The notes beneath the pieces are model-generated. The model was given only the letters and a program-made list of their open reading frames with translations. It had not been told where the DNA came from and ran no database searches. Both the position numbers and the translations under genes were made by a program. Shown one piece after another: positions 52,046 through 64,000 of a DNA stretch of 64,000 nucleotides. How positions within the stretch are numbered: the first letter of the stretch is position 1; the number at the start of each line of letters is the position of its first letter. The stretch lies in the NCBI RefSeq assembly GCF_024223415.1, contig NZ_CP100500.1. One strand, written 5' to 3'. The DNA comes from Escherichia coli. GTDB taxonomy: Bacteria; Pseudomonadota; Gammaproteobacteria; Enterobacterales; Enterobacteriaceae.

Positions 52046-53909
52046 GGAAACCGCGACGGGGGAGCAATCCCCCGTCAATCGGTTGCCAGGGTAAGGTCGA
52101 TAAGGCACCCTATCTCACAGACATGAACAAACAAACCCGCAGCATAAAAACTGCGGGTTTTCTTTTTGGTGTCCTCACCGACTTGAAACAGTGATCAGAC
52201 TATAAGACAAAGCCCGCAATGTTGCGGGCTTACTCTACCTCTCGAAAATGTGGTCACTGCGTGGACATACGCTGATACAAATCCTTTATATCAATAAATT
52301 AAATCTTTGTTTTTTTCATCAACAATGATTTAACCTTATCCTCACCGGAGGAGAAATGCAGTTCAATCTCAATATCGTTTCTGTGGAACAGCCTCATAAG
52401 ACAACCTCCTGAATTCATCAGAAACACAGTCAACTGAAAACCAGAAAGCAGACAAACAGTGGACACACATTAATACAAATCATTTATACCTATAGATGAA
52501 ATTGCAGTTTCATCTATAACATGACAGGTAACAATATTGTGAAAAAACTCAAAACTCGTTAGATTAAAGACGGACAGAGCAATGCTACTTTATCAATAAC
52601 ATGTAACCTGTACTTCCTTATTTTGCCCGCCGAAGCACGGGCATTTTTTTTGCGCCTGCCATCGAGGCGCCTTCCCTGGCGCACACAAAGCAGCCCTGAT
52701 TTTCCATGAAAACTTCAGGGTTGAGCCAAAAGCACAAAGACAGTAGATTAACCACGGGTGCCTTCCACCTGACAACAGGAAGGGTGTCCAGTATCAATGA
52801 CAGACAACTCACATTGCTGTTTTGCCCGCCGGAAAGCGGGCATTTTTTTATTCTTTTGTGGTTATTGGGTCATCAGGAACAACATGCAGATTATGCTTTG
52901 ATTTTTTTGGTGTTATTACAGCAGCAACGAGTTTATTAATAAGACACTGACATGCCTGAACATCCCTGACATATCATAATATCACTTTATTTTTTTAGCT
53001 TGTCCTTTCTGGAGCAGAAATATCTCAACATCGTTTCTGTGGAACAACCTCATTTGCCCTTGAATGTATCATAAATATCAGCATCGGAAAACCAACAGCA
53101 ATACAGAAGAAACATGTTAATGCAAATCACTTATACCTATAGATGAAATTACAGTTTTGTTCATAAATATGATAAGTAACTATATTGTGAATAAAATGAA
53201 AACTAGCTAAATTAAACGTGGGCATGGTGGAATGCCTCGTAATCAATAATACATGATCCGTACTTCCTTGTTTTGCCCGCCGGAAAGCGGGCATTTTTTT
53301 GGCGGTTACCATCGCCTCACCTTCCTGGTTCACATGAAGCAACCCTGATTTTCCATGAAAACTTCAGGGTTGAGACAAAAGCACAAAGACAGTAGATTAA
53401 CCACGGGTACCTTCCACCTGACAACAGGAAGGCTGTCCAGTATCAATGACAGACAACTCACATTGCTGTTTTGCCCGCCGGAAAGCGGGCTTTTTTTGGC
53501 AGTTATCATAGCCGCACCTTCCTGGCACATATGAAGCAACCCTGATTTTCCATGAAAACTTCAGGGTTGAGACAAAAGCACAAAAACAGTAGATTAACCA
53601 CGGGTGCCTGCCACCTGACAACAGGAAGGGTGTCCATTATCCATGATATACAAACGAAAAGTCTTGTCTTTTGCCCGCCAAAGCGCGGGCATTTTTTTAT
53701 GCATCAGACAAGATACAGCCCACCCCAACTGACACCTGAAATATTGCCGCAACAAAAAGAAACGGGTGCCTTTCGGCTGATGGCCGGAGGGAAAACCTGA
53801 AGGCCGGATGTGGAAAGGCCCCGGAAAACATCTGTGTTTAACCGAGGCCTGACCCTTCCTACCGTGACAAGTGGAAGGTTAGCGCCTCTTTGTAAAAGGA
53901 GCAAGCGCT

Positions 53910-54050
53910 ATACCGCAAAAAACGATTATTGTTGGCATTTTATGCCTGACAATAACCCTGGTCATCTGGATGGTCCACGATTCGTTATGTGAATTCAGCT
54001 TTGATATCTGGGGAGCGCGTTTTGCGGCGTTCTTGCAGTGTAAACCGTAA
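53910..54050 (+). pseudogene. second Hok-family copy with a non-canonical start (ATA in place of ATG)
   Basis: Same frame and context as the first copy (...ggagcaagcgctATAccg...) giving (I)PQKTIIVGILCLTITLVIWMVHDSLCEFSFDIWGARFAAFLQCKP; ~60% identical to copy 1. The upstream mok-like ORF (53810-53992) is present. Confidence 0.5.
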
Positions 54051-54583
54051 GAAACCGCAGCGGGGGAGAAATTCCCCGCTATCCGGTTGTTGGGGTGGGC
54101 CGATATGGCGCCCTTTCCCTGTAGAGACAAAACAAAAAACCAGATTTGCCCGCCATTGAGAGGGCTTTTTTGTCACCCTCACCAGTGAGGGCATCATCAT
54201 TCAGAGGCGCGTAAGCCACCCGGCGTTAACATCCTGCCTGTCAACCCTGGCCGCAGAGTCTGAACGGCAGGTACCGGAAGGAGTACCAAAAACATCCCTG
54301 ACAAGTTCCGCCACCTTCCCGATATCATCAGGTGTCACATTCCTCACCTCGGCAGTGATCCGTGGCGTACCATCATCGTTAACAAGAGTGGCTTTAAAGC
54401 TGGTGCGAAGGGAAAACAACATCAACATCCCCTCCCTTTGGTTCGTTGCACTGACGGCACGACACCATCAGGAAAAAGAAAAGCCCACAACGTCAGTATT
54501 GTGGACTTTTTTCTTCAAAGATGGACATTATCTGGACACATGAAAATAAAATCCATTTATTTTCATATAGTTAAGTACCATGC

Positions 54584-54606
54584 AAAAGCGCCCGCAGGCG
54601 CTTTTT
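54584..54606 (-). terminator. serS rho-independent terminator (contains the attR core)
   Basis: aaaaGCGCCcgcaGGCGCttttt immediately downstream of the serS stop on the minus strand. Confidence 0.75.
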
Positions 54607-54626
54607 AGATTCAGAAAAATTAGGTA

Positions 54627-55940
<1,314 letters not shown>

Positions 55941-56009
55941 TTAAATGGGAGATGTGGCCACAGCCTGCGACCACAGGGATACAGTAACAACATTACCGCA
56001 ACGATAACA

Positions 56010-57353
56010 TTAACGGTAGCGTTTTATGGGGCTATTTTGATCCTGTTCAGCCAGCCAGGCGAGCTTTTCGCCAATCTTGCCTTCAAGGCCCCTGTTTGTC
56101 GGGAAATAATAGCGTGTTTGTGCTATTTCCGGCGGGAAGTAAACCTCACCGGCAGCATAAGCGTTTGATTCATCATGAGCGTAACGATATTCCTGCCCGT
56201 AGCCCATTTCCTTCATTAATTTCGTCGGCGCATTACGCAAATGAACCGGCACGTCATAATCCGGGCGTTCGCGAGCATCGGCCAGCGCGGCTTTAAACGC
56301 AGTGTAGACAGCGTTGCTTTTTGGCGCGCAGGCCAGGTAAACAATCGCCTGAGCAATGGCGCGTTCACCTTCCGCCGGGCCAACGCGAGTAAAGCAATCC
56401 CAGGCCGCAATTGCCACCTGCATCGCCCGTGGATCGGCATTACCGACGTCTTCAGACGCTATCGCCAAACAGCGACGCGCGACATATAACGGATCGCCAC
56501 CAGCGGTAATAATTCGCGCATACCAGTAGAGCGCCGCATCGGGTGCGCTACCACGTACCGACTTATGCAGTGCGGAAATCAGATCGTAAAAGCGATCGCC
56601 TTTGTTATCAAAGCGGGCGCTACGTTCACCGGCGATTTCGGTCAGTAATTCAGGCTTCAGGACCCGCTTACCGCTATCATCGACTTCGGCCATATCCGCC
56701 ATCATTTCCAGCGTATTTAACGCCCGGCGCGCGTCGCCATTCACCAGTTCTGCAATGGCACGTCGTGTTTCATCTGGCAGAACAATATCCTGACCACCAT
56801 AGCCACGGGTTTTGTCTTCCATCGCCTGAGTTAGTACTTGCTCAATATCCTCTGTACTCAGGGATTTCAACAGATAAACACGGGCACGGGAAAGCAGTGC
56901 CGAATTAAGCTCAAACGACGGGTTTTCAGTGGTTGCGCCAATAAAAGTGATGGTGCCGTCTTCAATATGTGGCAGAAATGCATCCTGCTGGCTTTTGTTG
57001 AAACGGTGAACTTCGTCAACAAAAAGAATAGTGCGGCGACCTGCATTGCGGTTTTGCCGGGCGCGCTCGATCGCCTCGCGAATCTCTTTCACGCCAGAGG
57101 TGACGGCAGAAATACGTTCCACATCAGCGTTCGCATAGCGGGCAATCACTTCAGCGAGGGTTGTTTTGCCGGTACCCGGTGGCCCCCAGAGGATCATAGA
57201 ATGCAAATGCCCGGCTTCGATAGCGCGCGGCAGCGGCTTCCCCGCAGCCAGCAAATGTTGCTGGCCGATATACTGTGCTAAATTTTCTGGCCGCATACGC
57301 GCGGCCAGAGGTTGAAAAGTATTATCCGAAAAATCGAGCGACAGATTGCTCAC
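56010..57353 (-). CDS. rarA: replication-associated recombination protein A (AAA+ ATPase)
   Basis: 447 aa with a Walker A motif ([11 protein letters not shown]) and the RarA/MgsA C-terminal domain; between serS and lolA. Confidence 0.95.
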   Translation of the reverse strand: MSNLSLDFSDNTFQPLAARMRPENLAQYIGQQHLLAAGKPLPRAIEAGHLHSMILWGPPGTGKTTLAEVIARYANADVERISAVTSGVKEIREAIERARQNRNAGRRTILFVDEVHRFNKSQQDAFLPHIEDGTITFIGATTENPSFELNSALLSRARVYLLKSLSTEDIEQVLTQAMEDKTRGYGGQDIVLPDETRRAIAELVNGDARRALNTLEMMADMAEVDDSGKRVLKPELLTEIAGERSARFDNKGDRFYDLISALHKSVRGSAPDAALYWYARIITAGGDPLYVARRCLAIASEDVGNADPRAMQVAIAAWDCFTRVGPAEGERAIAQAIVYLACAPKSNAVYTAFKAALADARERPDYDVPVHLRNAPTKLMKEMGYGQEYRYAHDESNAYAAGEVYFPPEIAQTRYYFPTNRGLEGKIGEKLAWLAEQDQNSPIKRYR

Positions 57354-57363
57354 TCAGGTGCCT

Positions 57364-57975
57364 CTACTTACGTTGATCATCTACCGTGACGCCTTGCGGC
57401 GGGGTGAAGGTAAATTTCGCTGCATCCACAGCCCCATTTTGCTGGGATTTCAGCTGATAACTGCTGCGCTGATCGTCCTGCTCCACCGCGCTAAACTGAT
57501 GGATTGTGCCATCACGTCCCACGTTAATGGTGAACTGCTTCAGATTGCCATTGCTGGCTTTCGGCGTCAGGACAAAGTCATCGCCATTCTGTTTGATATT
57601 GTACTGCTGCCAGTCGCTGGACTGGTTGCGGGCAATCAGCATAAACGGCGTATTACCGGTGGCATCTTTCAGCCAGGTTGCCGTAGCTTGCTCAACGAAC
57701 GGGTTATAGAACCACAGTGTTTTACCGTCAGAAACCAGAATGCTTTCATCAGGTTGTGTCATATGCCAGTTGAATAAGTTTGGACGTTTCACCCACAGAT
57801 CGCCCTGACCTTCCTGCACCGCCGCGCCGCTACCGTCAGTCACTTTTTGTGTGAAGCTGGCGTGGAAGCTGCTGACTTTATCCAGGCGGCTTTTCAGATC
57901 GCTTGCGGCATCAGCCCAAACGCTGCTTGCTACTAAGCTTGAGAGTAATGCACAGGTGATGGCAATTTTTTTCAT
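57364..57975 (-). CDS. lolA: outer-membrane lipoprotein carrier protein LolA
   Basis: [21 protein letters not shown] signal peptide followed by the LolA sequence ([24 protein letters not shown]...); the ORF carries one extra upstream Met. Confidence 0.95.
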
Positions 57976-58086
57976 CATTATTCCTCAAATTACGTCACTC
58001 CCGATCGGGAGTTCCCTCTACTCTCTATTCCAGGCTAATAATCAGCTTGAGGAAAGAAGAAAATACTGAATTTTCAGTTGATAGAG

Positions 58087-58122
58087 TGCCGGATGCGACG
58101 CTACCGCGCCTTATCCGGCATA
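58087..58122. repeat. REP (repetitive extragenic palindromic) element between lolA and ftsK
   Basis: gccggatgcgacgctaccgcgccttatccggc matches the E. coli REP consensus. Confidence 0.7.
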
Positions 58123-58133
58123 CGATGCATTAA

Positions 58134-61100
58134 TTAGTCAAACGGCGGTGGGGCCAGCACTTCACGATTACCGTTGTGCCCCTGTTCGCTGACAATCCCC
58201 TGCGCTTCCATCTGTTCGATAATACGCGCTGCACGGTTATAACCAATGCGGAACTGACGCTGTACGCCAGAAATTGACGCTTTGCGTTTTTCAGTGACAA
58301 ACTGCACCGCCTGATCGAACAACGGATCCAGTTCTTCAGCGCCATCGAAACCACCCGCACCACCTTCGCTTTCGCTGTCGGAGGTGATGCCATCAACATA
58401 CTGTGGGCGACCACGCGCTTTCCAGTCCTGCACCACGGCATGAACTTCCTGATCGCGAACAAAAGCACCATGGACACGTACCGGCAACGTGGAGTTCGGC
58501 CCAGAGTAGAGCATATCCCCCATACCCAGCAGTGATTCCGCGCCAGCCTGATCAAGAATGGTACGTGAGTCAATCTTACTGGATACGGTAAAGGCGATAC
58601 GGGTCGGAATATTCGCTTTAATCAGACCAGTAATAACATCAACCGATGGACGCTGAGTTGCCAGTACGAGGTGGATACCCGCGGCACGGGCTTTTTGCGC
58701 CAGACGTGCTATCAGCTCTTCCACTTTTTTACCTACCGTCATCATCAGGTCGGCAAATTCATCCACCAGCACCACAATGTATGGCTCTTTTTTCAGCACC
58801 GGATGCTGAGCATCCATACTGTCACCCGGCTTCCAGTACGGGTCTGGAATCGGACGCATCATGCGATCGGCTTCAGCAATTTTTTCGTTATAACCCGCCA
58901 GATTACGCACACCCAGCGCAGACATCAGTTTATACCGACGCTCCATCTCGTTAACACACCAGCGCAGCGCGTTGGCGGCATCTTTCATATCAGTAACGAC
59001 TTCCGTTAACAGATGCGGAATGCCTTCATAAACCGAAAGCTCCAGCATTTTCGGGTCGATCATGATGAAACGCACATCTTCTGGCTGCGCTTTATAAAGC
59101 ATGCTCAGGATCATCGCGTTCACACCGACAGACTTACCGGAACCGGTAGTCCCCGCAACCAACAAGTGCGGCATTTTCGCCAGATCGGCAACCACCGGCT
59201 CACCGGCGATATCTTTACCCAGCACCACGGTTAATGGCGACGGATTATCGCGGAATTTGGCGTTATCCAATACTTCGCGCAGATAAACGGTTTGTCGTTT
59301 TTTATTCGGTAACTCCAGACCTACATAGGGTTTGCCAGGAATAACTTCAACGACACGCACCGCCACCGTCGAAAGTGAACGGGCAAGGTCCCGTGACAAG
59401 TTAGAAATGCGCGCCGCTTTTACGCCCGGTGCCAGGTTAAGTTCAAAGCGAGTGATAACCGGCCCCGGAGAGTAATTGACGACATCGGCTTTAATACGGA
59501 AATCAGCCAGACGTGCTTCCACCAGACGCGCCATTTGTTCAAGCGCAAAGGTATCTACCGGCTCCACTTCGCTCGGCGGCGGTGTCAGCAAATCCAGAGA
59601 AGGCAGCGGCGTCGTCGGTTTATGCAACGGACGGCTGTCGCCATTACGCATCAACAGCGGATGAAGCAGAGTATCCTGCGGCTGTGGCGCAACTGGCTGT
59701 TGCGGCTGCTGATATTGCGGCTGTGGTGCAGCCGATTGTTGTGGCTGCTGATACTGCGGCTGCGGCGCAACTGGCTGTTGCGGCTGCTGATATTGCGGCT
59801 GCGGTGCAACCGGTTGTTGCGGCTGCTGATATTGCTGCTGCGGTGCAACCGGTTGTTGCGGCTGCTGATATTGCTGCTGTGGCGCAACCGGCTGTTGTGG
59901 CTGCTGATACTGCTGCTGCGGTGCAACCGGTTGTTGCGGCTGCTGTACAGGTTCAACAATTGGCGTAAACAACGGTTCGTGTGGACCATCATCCAGCAAC
60001 GCTTTCATTGGCGAAAATTCAAAATCATCCAGCGAGAACGGATTCGCCCCAGCCGGTTGTTCGCCGGAATAACGTTGTTGTTGAGTTTGCGCAAACTGAC
60101 GAGCCAGTTCAGCCTCTGCCGCAGCATCTGCATCTTCTGCGTTTACGGGCACATCATGTTGATACTGTTCGCCATAGCGTTGCTGCTGTGTCTGGGCGAA
60201 CTGACGTGCCAGTTCATCCTGCTGCATCGCATCGATTTCATCATCGTTATACTGATCGCCAGAATCGTACTGATTGCGCTGGGCTTCACGGGCTTTTTCT
60301 TCCGCCGCACGCTGTGAGGGCAGCTTAATACCGTAAGACGCCAATTCACGACGAGTTGGCACGCGGATACGTTTCGGTCGTGGCAACTGCGGGCCAATCC
60401 CCTCTTTGACCTGCGGACGCGGTCCACCGCTATTTGCCAGACTGAAGACTGGCGCGGCAACGGTTGCGGCAGCCCCCGTCGCCAGTGTCGCTTTTTTCAC
60501 GCCAGATGCCAGCGGAGAAACAGCGGCAGCGGCTTCTACTGGAGGTACTGCTGCAACAGAAGGTGCTTTCAGCGAAGATTTGATCGGTTCTGGTTCTTTA
60601 ACCGGTTCTGGAATCGGTTGATACCAGGCCGCAAGTTGTTCACGTTCACGGGCTCGCTTCTCTTCCACTTCTTCAAAGTAGTAAAGCGGCGGACGCGCGG
60701 GTTTTGTCTCTTCTACAACGGGTTCAGGCTCCACAATAGGCTGCTGTTCAACAGGTTGCTGCTGTTGGTACAACGGCTCCTGAGCGGCTGGCTGCTGATA
60801 AGTTTGCTCAGTCTGGTATGTAGACTGTGGAGCAAAAGTGGATTGCTGCTCTTCGGCTTGCCAGGCGTTACCTGCCACCGGTTGTTCTGGCGCAGGGGCA
60901 TAATACGGCTGTTGCGCAGGCTGTTCCGGCGCAGTTGCGTAATACGGTTGCTGAACAGGTTGTTCCGCCGCAGGAGCGTAGTAAGGTTGTTGCGCAGGTT
61001 GTTCAGCTGCAGGTGCATAATACGGCTGCTGCGGCTGTACTGGTTGTTGCAGCGGCTCATTATATTGCACTGCAGGCTGCGCATATTGTGACTGCTGTGG

Positions 61101-62240
61101 GTAACCTTCCGGTGCAGGAGCAATAACCGGCTCTCCCGTTTGTGGACCCGGTACAGGCTGCCAGGCTACTGTAGGTTGCGCAGGTGGAACATCAACAGAG
61201 GCAACAGGTGGCGTCTGAGTCACAGGTTCAACCGGTGCAGCCCAGCTTTGCGTCGCCGTGGTAGCAGCAGCTGCTACAGCGACAGGTTCGGTAATTGGCG
61301 CACCGTTTAATAATGGATCGTATTCGTCATATTCTGGCTGCGTTGCACGATTGCCCGAAAATAGGACGTCGTCCGGGTCGGCAGCCACACCGCGTGCAGT
61401 GTAGGTAATCTCTTCGTCATCATCCATCCGCTTACCGGAGAACAACGCAGCGTCTGTTTGCCGCCCCATCGGATTAATGAATTTTTCCGCCAACCGTTTA
61501 CGACGCGCTAGCGCGCCGCGAAGAATACGGGCACGGCGTGATTCATGCTGTTTGCCGTGATTTTCATCTTCATACTCTTCGTCGTCTTCATACTCATCTT
61601 CATCGACCCAGGTATCATCGCGACGGGTACGATTACTGGCGAAGGTGAGAATGTTTAAAATCCAGCCGCCGAGTTTTTCAGCAATGGTCACCCATGACCA
61701 ACCGGTGAACAACGTCAGGCCCGCTGCCCAAACGCAGAGCAGCGCAATAGTTCCCCCGCTACTGTGTAGCAGTGGTTGTAGCGTAGTGCTTAGTAAGCTG
61801 CCAATGACGCCACCGGAGGCAAAATACCAGATATCGTCAGCGTTGATTGCCGCCAGACCACAGGAGGTAAGGATGAGCGCCAAAACGCCAATGATGCGTA
61901 GCGAAACGGCAAAATAATCAATGTATTCGTCGCTGGACTGATGACGCCAGGCAAACCAACAACCGCCGACAATAATGACGGGAATGGTGTAAGCCATCAC
62001 GCCAAAAATAAAGAACAGCGTATCTGCCAACCACGCACCGGGCATCCCACCTAAATTATGGATAGGTTCATGCCAGGCCGTTTGCGACCAGCTGGGGTCC
62101 GAAGGGTTAAAGCTTAGTAAGGCAGCCATCAACCAGACGGCAAACAGGACAATAAGGATCAGCAACGCCTCCAGAAGGCGGCGGCCGCTACTTAACTTTG
62201 TCAATGTGACTTCTTTGTCTTCAGTGTATTCCTGGCTCAA
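58134..62240 (-). CDS. ftsK: DNA translocase FtsK
   Basis: 1368 aa with N-terminal transmembrane helices, a long Pro/Gln-rich linker with tandem repeats, and a C-terminal motor with Walker A ([10 protein letters not shown]) and the gamma domain. Confidence 0.97.
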   Translation of the reverse strand: MSQEYTEDKEVTLTKLSSGRRLLEALLILIVLFAVWLMAALLSFNPSDPSWSQTAWHEPIHNLGGMPGAWLADTLFFIFGVMAYTIPVIIVGGCWFAWRHQSSDEYIDYFAVSLRIIGVLALILTSCGLAAINADDIWYFASGGVIGSLLSTTLQPLLHSSGGTIALLCVWAAGLTLFTGWSWVTIAEKLGGWILNILTFASNRTRRDDTWVDEDEYEDDEEYEDENHGKQHESRRARILRGALARRKRLAEKFINPMGRQTDAALFSGKRMDDDEEITYTARGVAADPDDVLFSGNRATQPEYDEYDPLLNGAPITEPVAVAAAATTATQSWAAPVEPVTQTPPVASVDVPPAQPTVAWQPVPGPQTGEPVIAPAPEGYPQQSQYAQPAVQYNEPLQQPVQPQQPYYAPAAEQPAQQPYYAPAAEQPVQQPYYATAPEQPAQQPYYAPAPEQPVAGNAWQAEEQQSTFAPQSTYQTEQTYQQPAAQEPLYQQQQPVEQQPIVEPEPVVEETKPARPPLYYFEEVEEKRAREREQLAAWYQPIPEPVKEPEPIKSSLKAPSVAAVPPVEAAAAVSPLASGVKKATLATGAAATVAAPVFSLANSGGPRPQVKEGIGPQLPRPKRIRVPTRRELASYGIKLPSQRAAEEKAREAQRNQYDSGDQYNDDEIDAMQQDELARQFAQTQQQRYGEQYQHDVPVNAEDADAAAEAELARQFAQTQQQRYSGEQPAGANPFSLDDFEFSPMKALLDDGPHEPLFTPIVEPVQQPQQPVAPQQQYQQPQQPVAPQQQYQQPQQPVAPQQQYQQPQQPVAPQPQYQQPQQPVAPQPQYQQPQQSAAPQPQYQQPQQPVAPQPQDTLLHPLLMRNGDSRPLHKPTTPLPSLDLLTPPPSEVEPVDTFALEQMARLVEARLADFRIKADVVNYSPGPVITRFELNLAPGVKAARISNLSRDLARSLSTVAVRVVEVIPGKPYVGLELPNKKRQTVYLREVLDNAKFRDNPSPLTVVLGKDIAGEPVVADLAKMPHLLVAGTTGSGKSVGVNAMILSMLYKAQPEDVRFIMIDPKMLELSVYEGIPHLLTEVVTDMKDAANALRWCVNEMERRYKLMSALGVRNLAGYNEKIAEADRMMRPIPDPYWKPGDSMDAQHPVLKKEPYIVVLVDEFADLMMTVGKKVEELIARLAQKARAAGIHLVLATQRPSVDVITGLIKANIPTRIAFTVSSKIDSRTILDQAGAESLLGMGDMLYSGPNSTLPVRVHGAFVRDQEVHAVVQDWKARGRPQYVDGITSDSESEGGAGGFDGAEELDPLFDQAVQFVTEKRKASISGVQRQFRIGYNRAARIIEQMEAQGIVSEQGHNGNREVLAPPPFD
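59680..59950 (-). repeat. in-frame tandem ~39-bp repeats encoding the PQ-rich FtsK linker
   Basis: Repeated unit on the plus strand (ggctgttgcggctgctgatattgcggctgcggtgcaacc and variants) encoding ...[13 protein letters not shown]... about seven times. Confidence 0.8.
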
Positions 62241-62374
62241 GAAAGGCTCTCCAGGTTACAGGCTTTTCCTGCCCGATGCTAAAACGGACAACAGTACCAG
62301 GTTACCCCAGTACTGTTGCTGTATGGATTAACAGGAGTGTAATCAAAATACGCCGATTTTGCACCTGTTCCGTG

Positions 62375-62869
62375 TTAGCGCGTCTTAATAACCAGACGAT
62401 TACTCTGCTTGACTTCTTCCATAACAACGTATGTCCGTGTGTCATTGACGCCAGGCAGACGCAGCAGGGTTTCCCCCAGCAACTTACGGTAAGCTGACAT
62501 ATCCGGCACGCGTGTTTTCAACAGGTAGTCGAAATCACCGGATACTAAATGACACTCCTGAATTTCTTCAAGTTTTTGTACAGCGGTATTGAATTGTTCA
62601 AACACATCCGGTGCGCCACGATTCAGAGTAATCTCAACGAATACCAGAAGTGATGCATCCAGATAATGGGGGTTCAGCAGCGCCGTATAGCCCTGAATAA
62701 ACCCTTGTCTTTCCAGCCGACGCACACGCTCAAGGCACGGCGTTGGGGAAAGTCCCACACGTTTAGAAAGCTCGACGTTAGAAATACGCCCATCCTTTTG
62801 CAACTCATTAAGAATGTTACGATCGATACGGTCGAGATCTTTGCCAGGGCGCTTCTTGCTATCTACCAT
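62375..62869 (-). CDS. lrp: leucine-responsive regulatory protein
   Basis: ORF 62375-62923; canonical start at MVDSKKRPGKDLDRIDRNILNELQKDGRISNVELSKRVGLSPTPCLERVRRLER... (164 aa). Confidence 0.97.
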   Translation of the reverse strand: MVDSKKRPGKDLDRIDRNILNELQKDGRISNVELSKRVGLSPTPCLERVRRLERQGFIQGYTALLNPHYLDASLLVFVEITLNRGAPDVFEQFNTAVQKLEEIQECHLVSGDFDYLLKTRVPDMSAYRKLLGETLLRLPGVNDTRTYVVMEEVKQSNRLVIKTR

Positions 62870-63296
62870 TATTATTGTCTCTCTGTATTCCTTCCCTACT
62901 CCTGTCTGACCCTGAAACATCACTGTTCAGAGTCGCTACCCGTCACGATAGACCGAAATCATGAAGATTCACGGCGCGCAATGCCTGGGTCTACGGTGAG
63001 AAGACCGTTGCCTTGTGGCAGCTATCGACATCACGAATGGCGTCTGTCCACGCCATACGTAGATTTCACTAGCACGGTAAACATGGTATTTACATGCATG
63101 GTTATGCGCATATAAGAATACTGTTTTTTTTCTTCCTCGAATGTTTTCGCAAAACACCAGGGGATTGTCAAAGCAAAACATCGATTTTTAGTACAACATG
63201 CCAGATATTCATTAACAGGGGCGTTTATTCATCATTTAATCGGCTTATAAAGCGGGAAATTTAAGTAGCAGAGGTGATAATGACGGGAGAATTTGA

Positions 63297-64000
<704 letters not shown>

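Larger units (their letters stand above)
50875..54200. repeat. repeat-rich array between ogr and attR: tandem diverged modules each ending in a terminator hairpin, with two Hok-family loci
   Basis: At least nine copies of the gcccgcc(g/a)...gcgggc hairpin plus T-run (near 50988, 51452, 51653, 52625, 52824, 53275, 53472, 53683, 54147). Recurring ~200-300 bp modules X (cctcaccggaggagaaATGcagttcaatctcaatatcgtttct...) and Y (gcgcctgccatcgaggcgcc...ccatgaaaacttcagggttgag...ccttccacctgacaacaggaagg...). Confidence 0.8.
17189..54598. mobile_element. P2-like prophage (~37.4 kb) integrated in the serS terminator, bounded by a 15-bp direct repeat
   Basis: aaaagcgcccgcagg occurs at 17189-17203 (next to the int 3' end) and at 54584-54598 (serS terminator). 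Joining the outer flanks reconstitutes a clean terminator hairpin (aaaaGCGCCcgcaGGCGCttttt). The interior encodes a P2-type integrase, C repressor, Cox, A, and the full late gene set. Confidence 0.8.

Noticed and set aside
51012-53621. ORFs of 60-97 aa in the repeat array, several containing KKMPALRRAK-like strings
   Set aside because: The recurring peptide is the translation of the repeated terminator hairpin (gcccgccgg...gcgggc). They follow the repeats rather than showing independent coding signal.
50875-54200. Possible CRISPR array, given regularly recurring hairpin repeats
   Set aside because: Repeat units are not 25-40 bp separated by unique spacers; the recurring elements are terminator-like hairpins inside larger diverged modules, and there are no cas genes.

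Overview
Enterobacterial (E. coli-type) chromosome carrying a ~37.4 kb P2-like prophage inserted in the serS terminator. Host genes, left to right: aroA (5' part), serC, ycaP, ycaO, focA, pflB, pflA, ycaM, ycaD, ycaC, dmsCBA, then the prophage (about 17189-54598), then serS, rarA, lolA, ftsK, lrp and the start of trxB. The prophage has a P2-type immunity region (int, C-like repressor, Cox-like), a replication gene A, and a near-complete P2 late gene set (Q P O N M L X Y K lysB/lysC R S V W J I H G, FI FII E/E' T U, D, ogr). All calls are from reading translated ORFs and motifs against remembered family sequences; no database search was run. The points most worth follow-up are: (1) an uncharacterised small-gene cargo cluster at the A-to-Q position where P2 carries tin/old, a known anti-phage hotspot; (2) a ~3.7 kb repeat-rich array between ogr and attR with two Hok-family toxin loci and at least nine terminator hairpins; (3) the sheath/tube/tape-measure/U block lying on the opposite strand to the flanking G and D genes, unlike P2 as I recall it; (4) a reverse-oriented two-transmembrane protein gene in the early region.
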